Of a stretch of 64,000 nt of DNA, positions 55,897-64,000 are shown piece after piece (within the stretch, counting starts at the first letter, position 1; each line of letters begins with the position of its first letter). The stretch is from an uncultured virus (IMG/VR IMGVR_UViG_3300042314_001037) (lineage: Duplodnaviria > Heunggongvirae > Uroviricota > Caudoviricetes). The stretch lies in IMG/VR virus record IMGVR_UViG_3300042314_001037. One strand, written 5' to 3'. The position numbers were made by a program, and so were the translations under genes. The notes beneath the pieces were generated by a model. The model was not told the DNA's origin, did no database searches, and worked only from the letters and a program-made list of their open reading frames with translations.

Positions 55897-58226
55897 AATT
55901 TACATGCCTCGCAGTCTTCGTCTTCGATTACTTCTCTTTCGTTATGGAACCCGTTGTAGTGTACTTCGGGAGTTGCTTCGGCCATTGCTTTGCTACCTGC
56001 CTTATTAATCAGGCTGTAGTAGAATGTTTTCAATCCCCACATGTGCGCCTGCATCAAATTTTTAGCAATCAATGTAGTAGGCACTTTACGATCTGCCCAG
56101 TGTGCTGGATTGTAGAATGTGTTAGTTGAAATTGATTGATCAACATAGGCAGCAAGAACTGCGGCTGTTTTCAAATAGCCATCACAGTCTTTCTGTTCCC
56201 ACATCATTTGATATTTGTTTTTTAGTTTATGGTATTCAGGAACAACCTGTACAAATGATCCTGCCTTTGATTCTTTAACTGATATTAGGCTCATGGGCAT
56301 TTCAATGCCATTGGTTGAGTTAATAACAACACTTGAACTTTCAACAGGGGCAATGGCCATCAATGTGGCATTACGCACACCGTACTGCTTCATATTACCA
56401 CGTAGTGTTTCCCAATCAAGTTCAGGAGCGAAGTCTGCCAGTTCATTAACACCCTTGGCACGAAGTTCCCAGGGAAAGACGCCTTGTCCATATCTAGTTT
56501 TATGACTCTCTGTACACGGGCCACGTTCTTTGGCTAATTCAACTGTGGCTTCTGTTAAGTAGAACGCTTGGTGCTCCATCCAGGTTTTAACATCCTGTAG
56601 TGCATCTTTCTCGCCATACTTGAGTCCACGCTTGGCATGCCAGTAGGCAAGATTTGTAACACCAATACCTAGTGGTTGTATCTCGTCGTTACTAAGTTTA
56701 CTCTGTATCGACAAGAAATCTTGATAGTCAAGAATGTTACACAGGCTACGCTGTAGAATCCTACAGGCTCTACGCATATCCTCTGGATTGCGGAACGATC
56801 CCCAGTTGATAGATCCCAGTGTACATAACGCTATGCGTCCACTATCGTCGTCTAATCGCTTAAATGAACGTGTGGGTAATAGGATCTCACAGCACAAGTT
56901 ACTTTGATAAATCGTATGGTACTCAGGATCAAAAGGTCCTTGGTTCATGACATTATCAATGAATACGAGATATATTCGACCCGTGTCTGTGCGCTCTTTT
57001 AGTATACCACTCTTGAACACTTCTTCGGCACTCATCGTTTTCTTACGGAGGCCTTTTTGTTTTTCGTACTTGACATAGAGTTCTTCAAACAACTCAGTGT
57101 CTTTGTAAAACGCTTCGTATAGGTCAGGTACTTCGTTGGGATCAAAGAAGGTTATGTCTTCTTTGTTTTTGAATCGTCTCCAGAAGAAGGCACTAAGCAC
57201 AACCCCATAATCCATATGACGGACTCGGGTTTCTTCTGTTCCTTGGTTGTTCTTAAGAACAATAAGATCATCAAACTGATGATGCCAAATAGGATAAAAA
57301 ACAGTAGCACTTGCATTACGAATACCTCCTTGACTGCAACTACGCAGGTCACCAAACCACTTCTTCAAGAAGGGTATCATACCTGTGTGCATAATCTCAC
57401 CACCACGGATGGGACTGCCTAATGGACGTAGTCGTCCAATTTCTAAACCAATGCCTGCACGTTTGCTGGCATACTTGGCCATCATTTCACCTGAAGCAAA
57501 AATACTATCCAAGTCATCATCACTGCGAATAAGTACGCACGAACTGAATTGTTTAGTAGGGGTACCGAGACCAGCAAGGACAGGAGTAGCAAGAGTAAAT
57601 AGACCATCGGAGGCTGCATTGTAGTATTCCTTGATATAACGCATACGTGATGCATTAGGTTCTTCTTTATGAAAAACAGTAGCGGCTGCAACCATATATC
57701 TAATTTGTGGAGTTTCGTATGTTTGTTTTGTACTACGATTTTTAACTAGATACTTTTCTATCAATTGCTCAATGGCAGCATATGAATATGTTTCATCCTT
57801 TTCATGATCCAACATGTCATTCATCTTGTTCCAGTCATCTTCTGTGTACCACACAAGTAGGTCTGGCGTGTACAGACCGGTGGCCACATTTGTCTTGACT
57901 ATTTCATATAGACTAGGGGGAGTGTAGCTACCGTAAACATCTTTACGCAACATGCTAACTCGCTGTTTGCCTGCTACATACTGATAATTGGTATGACCAA
58001 CGTCGGGATTGTTTTCAACGTCTATGAGATCCACAATGGCTCTTAGAGTGATTTCATCTACTTCTCTTGTGGTTATGCCGTCATAAAAATGTGGCTGTGC
58101 TTTGATCTCGATCATGCTTTGGCTAACATCTGCAATACCGCTACATACTTTTGCCACCTGTGCCTGCCATTTCTCAATGGTGAGTGGCTCTCGATCACCA
58201 TTTCTTTTGATTACTGTTATTTCCAT
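55893..58226 (-). CDS. nrdA: ribonucleotide reductase class Ia alpha subunit with ATP cone
   Basis: VIKRNG ATP cone, QFSSCVL, SNLCCEI, APVESSS, C-terminal CEACKL; no intein or intron seen. Confidence 0.97.
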   Translation of the reverse strand: MEITVIKRNGDREPLTIEKWQAQVAKVCSGIADVSQSMIEIKAQPHFYDGITTREVDEITLRAIVDLIDVENNPDVGHTNYQYVAGKQRVSMLRKDVYGSYTPPSLYEIVKTNVATGLYTPDLLVWYTEDDWNKMNDMLDHEKDETYSYAAIEQLIEKYLVKNRSTKQTYETPQIRYMVAAATVFHKEEPNASRMRYIKEYYNAASDGLFTLATPVLAGLGTPTKQFSSCVLIRSDDDLDSIFASGEMMAKYASKRAGIGLEIGRLRPLGSPIRGGEIMHTGMIPFLKKWFGDLRSCSQGGIRNASATVFYPIWHHQFDDLIVLKNNQGTEETRVRHMDYGVVLSAFFWRRFKNKEDITFFDPNEVPDLYEAFYKDTELFEELYVKYEKQKGLRKKTMSAEEVFKSGILKERTDTGRIYLVFIDNVMNQGPFDPEYHTIYQSNLCCEILLPTRSFKRLDDDSGRIALCTLGSINWGSFRNPEDMRRACRILQRSLCNILDYQDFLSIQSKLSNDEIQPLGIGVTNLAYWHAKRGLKYGEKDALQDVKTWMEHQAFYLTEATVELAKERGPCTESHKTRYGQGVFPWELRAKGVNELADFAPELDWETLRGNMKQYGVRNATLMAIAPVESSSVVINSTNGIEMPMSLISVKESKAGSFVQVVPEYHKLKNKYQMMWEQKDCDGYLKTAAVLAAYVDQSISTNTFYNPAHWADRKVPTTLIAKNLMQAHMWGLKTFYYSLINKAGSKAMAEATPEVHYNGFHNEREVIEDEDCEACKL

Positions 58227-58239
58227 CTATGTCTCTACT

Positions 58240-58674
58240 TTATTTGATATTTATTGGTAATGCCGAACTGGACCACACGATGTCGGTTTTGATTTCTTGT
58301 AACACATTAAGATCATGAGCTATCCTTGGTTCGTAGTTTAACACAGCGTTATCTGCTACTAGAAAGAATTTTGAATCGTGATCTTTGGGGAGCATAGACT
58401 TATGTATCTCACAAACGGTATCCATAAACCGCTGTGTTAATTTAATAGTATACAGCATGCCGAGACAAATAGCAAGATCATCTAGCTTGCCGTCGATAAC
58501 CAAATGCCAAGGGTCAGGCCAAGTGTTTGGTTGTTGGGGGTCTAAGAAAGGATTGACAAACGGAGCATGGCTCCAGAGTTCAGCAACATCACTTAATGGA
58601 GTGGCGCTGACTTCTAAACTATCTCTGAACTGCTTCCATTTAAATAATCTTTCGTTTCCGTAAAGATCAAACAC
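58240..58674 (-). CDS. hypothetical phage protein
   Basis: Probable GTG start overlapping the stop of the upstream gene; WPDPWHLV motif. Confidence 0.6.
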   Translation of the reverse strand: MFDLYGNERLFKWKQFRDSLEVSATPLSDVAELWSHAPFVNPFLDPQQPNTWPDPWHLVIDGKLDDLAICLGMLYTIKLTQRFMDTVCEIHKSMLPKDHDSKFFLVADNAVLNYEPRIAHDLNVLQEIKTDIVWSSSALPINIK

Positions 58675-60259
58675 CGTACGATATTGAATATGATATCGTT
58701 CCAGTTTGACCGGAAGACAGCGGATTTCGATATGACAACAACAGTGTTTCAATTCCACTGTCGCCATCGTTGTCTTTTAATTCTACATTAAAAACAAAAT
58801 CTGTCATAAGAATCCCCTCTGGTGTAGATGAACTGGGTGATGAATACACGTAGTTGTCGGAGAATGTAAATTCGCCTACTGACTCAGTGACCATTACCAC
58901 TATTTGTCCTGCTCGTGAATGATCGCCTAACTGTAAAACATAATCTATGTAGGTATATCTGTTGAATGCTGCAAATACTGACAGTGGTTTAAAACCGTCT
59001 GATAGATAGATTATTTCATAATTCATATCTATCAAACTGACCCTGGAGGCGTTTTCAACTTCTGTTATTGCAGGTCTAGTACTCACTGCGGTGAATCCTG
59101 CTGCTTGATGTCTGTTGCTGGTGCTGTCAATCACAGTATTGCCATTTTTCTCTCCAAACTTGACGATACTGGATGTTGGCGTGGCTGCGTTGTTGGTGTT
59201 GTTGCCGCAGTTGATGAATCTGGAACGTTGTATAACTGTGCCTGTACCATTGTCAGATATAAAGGCGTGTGCGGCAATTTCTTCAAACTCACAGTCAAAG
59301 ACACGCCATAGGTTTCCTTGGCCGGGTACACCGTTAATCACTATTGCGGTGTTGCAGACAAAAAATCTACAGCCGTCAAATTTCACGCTGGTATCAAAAC
59401 TTGGCGGAGCACTGGAATCTATGGTAATCTGATCAGATCTCACGGCCAACGGAGTTGATTGCCACACACAGTCTTTGAGCGTGATGTTGGTTACTTTAGT
59501 ACCATCAAGACTGTTTTCCCAGTACAATGATGGATTGGAGTTTTGAATATCACCAACGATAGGGTCTCCCAACACATAGCCGCTGGTCCATTTTACATTG
59601 GTGAACGCACTATCTGCTACTCCGGTTAATACCGTTTGACCTTGATTGTGATCAATTGTTAAATTACTGATATTGACATCGGTTGGTCTATTGCCACTGG
59701 TGAATTCTGCAACTTCTTGACCGTTAGCTGTGACAAATAAAATACTGTTGTTGCCTATCTGCAGAATAGCACCGTCTCTGGTTTCGCCTTGTATCTTTGC
59801 CGTGCTAGGAATTTTTAAGTTGCTGCTGAAAAAATATGTGCCGTTGGGGATCAGCAGAGTTTTTTTGAATCTAGGATCTATGTTTCTAAACAATTCATTC
59901 AAGGCATTTTGAAAAAATGGCACACAGTCTGTGCTGCCATCCGGTATGGCTCCAAAATCCAACACACTGACATATTCATCTAATTTGGTCTGAAGTGACC
60001 TGGCAACACTTTGCGCTATAGAAGGTTCAGATTCACTGAATCTATAACTGGCTGCAAGTTCTAATATGTTATCATGCTCGGTGAGCACTTTGGTATTGCC
60101 AACATAAGGGGCACCGTCAGCCACGCTGCCGTTACCTATGAACAGTTCCTGGGAATCTACTGCCCATGCAAATTCTGCCGCGCTCAGTTGAGGAACACCG
60201 ATTCCTGCATTTTTAAGGCCTCTTCTGACCTGGATTTTTGATATCTGGACAACAGCCAT
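58667..60259 (-). CDS. virion structural protein with pectate-lyase-like beta-helix
   Basis: MAVVQISKIQVRRG...ELFIGNG; VSVLDFGAIPDGSTD; LLIPNGTY. Confidence 0.7.
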   Translation of the reverse strand: MAVVQISKIQVRRGLKNAGIGVPQLSAAEFAWAVDSQELFIGNGSVADGAPYVGNTKVLTEHDNILELAASYRFSESEPSIAQSVARSLQTKLDEYVSVLDFGAIPDGSTDCVPFFQNALNELFRNIDPRFKKTLLIPNGTYFFSSNLKIPSTAKIQGETRDGAILQIGNNSILFVTANGQEVAEFTSGNRPTDVNISNLTIDHNQGQTVLTGVADSAFTNVKWTSGYVLGDPIVGDIQNSNPSLYWENSLDGTKVTNITLKDCVWQSTPLAVRSDQITIDSSAPPSFDTSVKFDGCRFFVCNTAIVINGVPGQGNLWRVFDCEFEEIAAHAFISDNGTGTVIQRSRFINCGNNTNNAATPTSSIVKFGEKNGNTVIDSTSNRHQAAGFTAVSTRPAITEVENASRVSLIDMNYEIIYLSDGFKPLSVFAAFNRYTYIDYVLQLGDHSRAGQIVVMVTESVGEFTFSDNYVYSSPSSSTPEGILMTDFVFNVELKDNDGDSGIETLLLSYRNPLSSGQTGTISYSISYGV

Positions 60260-60285
60260 AGTAGTAAATTCCCGTTATAGAGTAT

Positions 60286-60981
60286 TTATCTTCCTAGACT
60301 GTAGTATTCCTCTACCTTGTTTAACCAAGCGTCCTGCCATTTGTTGAAGTCTGCAGGCTCTAGAGTAAACTGTTGATATTCAAAAGCACGACTGCACATA
60401 AAGATAACACCCTTGCGAATATCTGTGCCGTAGACTTCATTATGTGCTAGTATATAGGCCATCAGTTGTAGATAGTAATCTTCCACCCACTCTGCTTTCT
60501 TGGGCTTGTTGGTCTGCTTGTAATCCATTACCGCAGGCTCGCCTTCGTGTATGCCCACTAGGTCAGTGGTGCCCGAGAATAGACCGGGAAAGTACAGGCT
60601 CTGTTCCATGGCCCATATTTCGTTTACCTTGCTTAGTCCGTTTTCAATAATCACATCAGCCATTTTATTGGCCTGTATGTGTACAGGATTATTTCCAGGT
60701 TGACGTTGCATGCCGCACACAAAACGTTCTAGATTGCCGTGCATGGCTGTGCCTACACCTGCGGCTTCTGTGGTAATTTGTTGTGCCTTGGCATGCCCAA
60801 TTCTATCACGCCATTCATTCAAATGGGTCATGTCTTTAGTAGCACCAAGTATAGTGGTCACTGATGGAAGGCTTTCGCCGTCCGGAGTAAGATATACTCG
60901 CTTGCGAGTAATTGGATCGTTGACCTGTTGACAGGGCTTATATTGAAATTTTTCTACAAAGGGAGGTGGAGATATAGTCAT
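60286..60981 (-). CDS. PD-(D/E)XK exonuclease
   Basis: PSVTTIL, GTAMH, GTTDLV...MDYKQT, YYLQLMAY. Confidence 0.85.
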   Translation of the reverse strand: MTISPPPFVEKFQYKPCQQVNDPITRKRVYLTPDGESLPSVTTILGATKDMTHLNEWRDRIGHAKAQQITTEAAGVGTAMHGNLERFVCGMQRQPGNNPVHIQANKMADVIIENGLSKVNEIWAMEQSLYFPGLFSGTTDLVGIHEGEPAVMDYKQTNKPKKAEWVEDYYLQLMAYILAHNEVYGTDIRKGVIFMCSRAFEYQQFTLEPADFNKWQDAWLNKVEEYYSLGR

Positions 60982-61013
60982 ACTGTATATATTACAGGAA
61001 AACTACGGGGACG

Positions 61014-61400
61014 TCAAGTCTGGGGTGTTGCTTGTGATTGTGCCAATTGTCCGGCCGCTGCTGATGCTGCTGTTTGGTCTACTGCTGTTTGACTATCTTC
61101 TGGGGATTTGGTTCCGTCACCTTTTGGCTCTTCGTCTGGTGCACCTGGTACGTTTAGTTCAATGCCGTCAGCGTTAAAATTCTTAACCATCTGCTGAATA
61201 GTTGGTATTGAATCGTACATGGCCTTGAATGTTTCGTAGTCTGCTGTTAGTTCAAATCCATTTGTGGCTAGAACTTTGTTGAGTCCATTCCAATTTAATT
61301 TAGCAGGCGCCTTCTTACTGGCGGCACGACCAATGTAATTACGAAGAACCATAACGAATCGATCACCTTCATCATCGCCGCTAAATTCAAAAAATCTCAT
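61014..61400 (-). CDS. hypothetical phage protein
   Basis: 128-aa ORF. Confidence 0.6.
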   Translation of the reverse strand: MRFFEFSGDDEGDRFVMVLRNYIGRAASKKAPAKLNWNGLNKVLATNGFELTADYETFKAMYDSIPTIQQMVKNFNADGIELNVPGAPDEEPKGDGTKSPEDSQTAVDQTAASAAAGQLAQSQATPQT

Positions 61401-61675
61401 TTTATAGCCGCCAACTGTTTTTGTAATTCAGCAAGTTCTTCTTGCTTTGATTTTATTTGATCTTGAATTTGTTTTTTTTGATTGGCGCGATCCAACGCCT
61501 GCTGTGCCATCATCTTTTGTTGCATCTGCGGATCTTGAGCAGGAGCAGCAGTAGGTGCAGGACCTGCTGCTGGTGCAGCACCTAACGGCGCTCCAGGGGT
61601 GCCAGGAGCAACCGTTGGGGCAAGTTCTCTAATTTTTAAGAAGTCGCCCTCGTTGGTGATGTCAAAAAATTTCAT
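61397..61675 (-). CDS. hypothetical Pro/Ala/Gln-rich protein
   Basis: 92-aa ORF overlapping both neighbours. Confidence 0.55.
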   Translation of the reverse strand: MKFFDITNEGDFLKIRELAPTVAPGTPGAPLGAAPAAGPAPTAAPAQDPQMQQKMMAQQALDRANQKKQIQDQIKSKQEELAELQKQLAAIK

Positions 61676-63213
61676 CCTGCCAATACTTTCATCAAACGGC
61701 TTTGACGATCAATGCTTTCACGCTGTTCACGTCCTGCATCACCTAGGCCCCCTGCTGCTGGTTCAGCTGCATCAAAGTCGTCACCTGCAACTTCGTCGCC
61801 CATATCCATTCCTGGCTCGGCATTCATGGCGTCTGGTTCTGCAGGAGCTGCCATGTCTGCACCTGGCTCGCCGCCTAGCATTTCAGCACTTTGTTCTTCG
61901 CCAGTAAGTGCTCTCACGCTGGAAGCTAGGGCCTCGCGAGTAGCTTTGAGATTTTCTAGTGCCGATTGGATAGCCGGAGCTGATGCAGATATAAACTGCT
62001 TGGCCTGCTCTTGTCCCATTTCGTCACGGATAGAATCGCCTAACTGTAATAGAGTATCGTTCTCCATACCAGAAAGTTCCTCGATCCAACGGCCAACTCT
62101 GTCAACCATTGTCTTTGCTGTGACAATCGCAGACGCTTGCTGGATTTCACCTTCTCTTAGATTACGCATATTATCTCCTGTATTTTTTGATTCTGTTTCA
62201 ATTGATTCTTTCATGTTGGCTTCAATCCATTGCATGACATCCCAAAGGTCATTGACCAGTTGATTAGGGCGGACTGGTTCGCCGCCACCACGTTCTGCCA
62301 TTTTAGATTGTGCTCTAATTGCCGCTAGTAAATTAATTGCATCTTCTGCATTATTAATATACGCTTCATTCTGTAGACTTTCGCCTTGATTAAAAGTTCC
62401 ATAGTCTTCATCGCCACCATGACCTGCTGATGCTAGGGCATATGCATCATCGGTGTCGCCGCCTTCGTCGTCTGATCCTTGTACAACATAACTAATTTCG
62501 GATTCTAGATCTTGAATATACGAATCTATATTGCGAAGTTCGCCGCCATCTTGATCGGAATAAGAATTCCAAATTTCATCGATGGCAGACTCAATATCAC
62601 CCTTGCTTAGAGCCGCCATAATTTTATCATAGTCGGGATCACCGTAGCCGCCAATTTCATTCATATCTTCGTCGAATTTCTTAAGAAGATCTACTACCGC
62701 TTGTTCGTCAAAGTTGCCACCTTCCGTCATACCTTCTTGTACTGGTTGGCCATTATCATATTGTCCAAATTGTCCAGCAGGGAAATCGCCTACTTCGTAA
62801 TCTTCCGGATTAGGTGATTCAGTGTCAATCCATGCCTGTGCTTCGTCTGGACTATTAAAAGGACCGTGGTATGGATCACGTTGGCCAGAACGTGGTCCCA
62901 AGAGCATTACATAGAACGCTTGTGCTTCTTCTAGTTGTGTGTTGTCAACAATAGGCTCATCACGCTCTGCAAGTTCTGCAACAATAGCATCGTGCATGAA
63001 CTGTGCCTGTGTTAGAGCATCGTTTTCCACCGTTTCGTTGAAGTTAGAACTGCTACGGGCCGTGTAGATCTGTGTGCGTAGTTTATTACGTGCATCTTCC
63101 AGCTGTTCAACACTGAATGTTTCTAAGTTTAGTTTACGCCCAAAAGTTTTAGACAACGATTCATTTAGTCTTTTAGATGATCTATTGAATGCAAAAAGGT
63201 CTGTTGTTTTCAT
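61672..63213 (-). CDS. acidic phage protein (possible head-associated/scaffold)
   Basis: Very acidic, low complexity; late-like TAAATA upstream. Confidence 0.55.
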   Translation of the reverse strand: MKTTDLFAFNRSSKRLNESLSKTFGRKLNLETFSVEQLEDARNKLRTQIYTARSSSNFNETVENDALTQAQFMHDAIVAELAERDEPIVDNTQLEEAQAFYVMLLGPRSGQRDPYHGPFNSPDEAQAWIDTESPNPEDYEVGDFPAGQFGQYDNGQPVQEGMTEGGNFDEQAVVDLLKKFDEDMNEIGGYGDPDYDKIMAALSKGDIESAIDEIWNSYSDQDGGELRNIDSYIQDLESEISYVVQGSDDEGGDTDDAYALASAGHGGDEDYGTFNQGESLQNEAYINNAEDAINLLAAIRAQSKMAERGGGEPVRPNQLVNDLWDVMQWIEANMKESIETESKNTGDNMRNLREGEIQQASAIVTAKTMVDRVGRWIEELSGMENDTLLQLGDSIRDEMGQEQAKQFISASAPAIQSALENLKATREALASSVRALTGEEQSAEMLGGEPGADMAAPAEPDAMNAEPGMDMGDEVAGDDFDAAEPAAGGLGDAGREQRESIDRQSRLMKVLAG

Positions 63214-63246
63214 ATTAGTTAAGGTCCAGAATGATAGTATATTTAT

Positions 63247-63687
63247 TCATATGCAGGTCAATCGCTGCACAATGTTTTTGGCATTTATAGCTCGATCTCT
63301 GCTTTCACAGTATCTAGCCCATAACATGTCTGCACGGTTGTGATCATGTTTGAGCTGTGCTTTTTGATATTGAGCACGAAGCATTTGACTGTCATGGTAC
63401 CAGCGGCCGTACTCCTGATCTGCCCTATGCAGCTTATCAGCGTGAATTGACAGTTTGTTTACAGCCAACATATTGGCCAATCGTATGGCTGCTGCATTTA
63501 GGTAAATGTCTTTGTAAAGCCAGGTGTCATTATATCTAAGGTGTTTGACAATGCCTTCGCTGACAATGAGTACATCGCCCACAAGGATTCCTTCTGCGAC
63601 TTTAACTGGGAGAATTTGATGTTTTTCAATTAATCTTTGTTGTGCAGAACTAACTACTTGCTCTAAGCGTTTAGAAATGTTAGTCAT
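63247..63687 (-). CDS. hypothetical protein
   Basis: 146-aa ORF. Confidence 0.6.
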   Translation of the reverse strand: MTNISKRLEQVVSSAQQRLIEKHQILPVKVAEGILVGDVLIVSEGIVKHLRYNDTWLYKDIYLNAAAIRLANMLAVNKLSIHADKLHRADQEYGRWYHDSQMLRAQYQKAQLKHDHNRADMLWARYCESRDRAINAKNIVQRLTCI

Positions 63688-63729
63688 AAAAAAAGGACCT
63701 ATGGCCCTTATTTAATTGTATTCAACCTG

Positions 63730-64000
63730 TCACTTGAACAAGCTGGCAAATGTTGCAGAGTGGCCGGATAAAAAGCCCAACACTGCTATGCCGCCTGCTG
63801 TCATATAGATCCATTTTTGTTTGAAACGTTCTAATTCTGTAATTTTACTGGCCAATTGACTATGTTGTTCACAGCTTGCTCCGTACATGTCATCTAATTT
63901 GGCCATGACACTGTCGCGAGTCTTGTCTAGACAGTCGTGCATGTCTTTGACATCAACCTTGATCTCGTCTAATTTTTCGTCTAGGTTTGCTACCTTGGTC
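63730..64000 (-). CDS. partial coiled-coil protein with C-terminal TM helix
   Basis: Frame open to the window edge; WIYMTAGGIAVLGFL. Confidence 0.55.
   Translation of the reverse strand, partial: TKVANLDEKLDEIKVDVKDMHDCLDKTRDSVMAKLDDMYGASCEQHSQLASKITELERFKQKWIYMTAGGIAVLGFLSGHSATFASLFK

Noticed and set aside
54796..58226. Intron or intein in nrdA/nrdB
   Set aside because: Both ORFs are continuous and of normal length.
60286..60981. Cas4 / CRISPR adaptation gene
   Set aside because: It is a generic phage PD-(D/E)XK exonuclease lacking the four-Cys Fe-S pattern, with no array nearby.
61712..62263. Long plus-strand antisense ORF (and similar ones opposite dnaK, nrdA and the cyclase)
   Set aside because: They mirror the codon bias of well-supported minus-strand genes and have no motifs or SD.

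Overview
This window is a 64-kb segment of a large (jumbo-type) tailed phage genome. The evidence is dense short ORFs mostly on the minus strand, many perfect sigma70-type TTGACA-17-TATAAT promoters, TAAATA late-like motifs, virion-type proteins and nrdAB. Host-like genes (cspA, ahpC/ahpD, dnaK, infA) look proteobacterial, plausibly betaproteobacterial; this is inferred by eye, not from a search. From left to right it holds: an AT-rich island of tailoring enzymes; a tail-fibre-like gene; an array of 29 tRNA genes covering all 20 amino acids, interleaved with non-tRNA structured RNAs, infA and rpoZ; clpP and a run of small paralogous ORFs; a curli-like csgF/csgG/curlin + FecR + CHASE2-cyclase module; heme oxygenase with a bilin reductase; clpS, hsp20, dnaK and bS21; an SleB envelope cassette; ahpCD; a two-piece permuted tmRNA; a PAAR-amidase; and nrdAB. 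The top finding is at the head of the tRNA array. There, a 47-codon leader ORF uses all 20 amino acids (every codon-box class) in its first 37 codons and overlaps a mutually exclusive antiterminator/terminator pair. This looks like a universal tRNA-shortage-sensing attenuator. The second finding is a 23-aa membrane peptide ORF inside the tmRNA intervening segment. All structures were read by eye; no folding program or database search was run.
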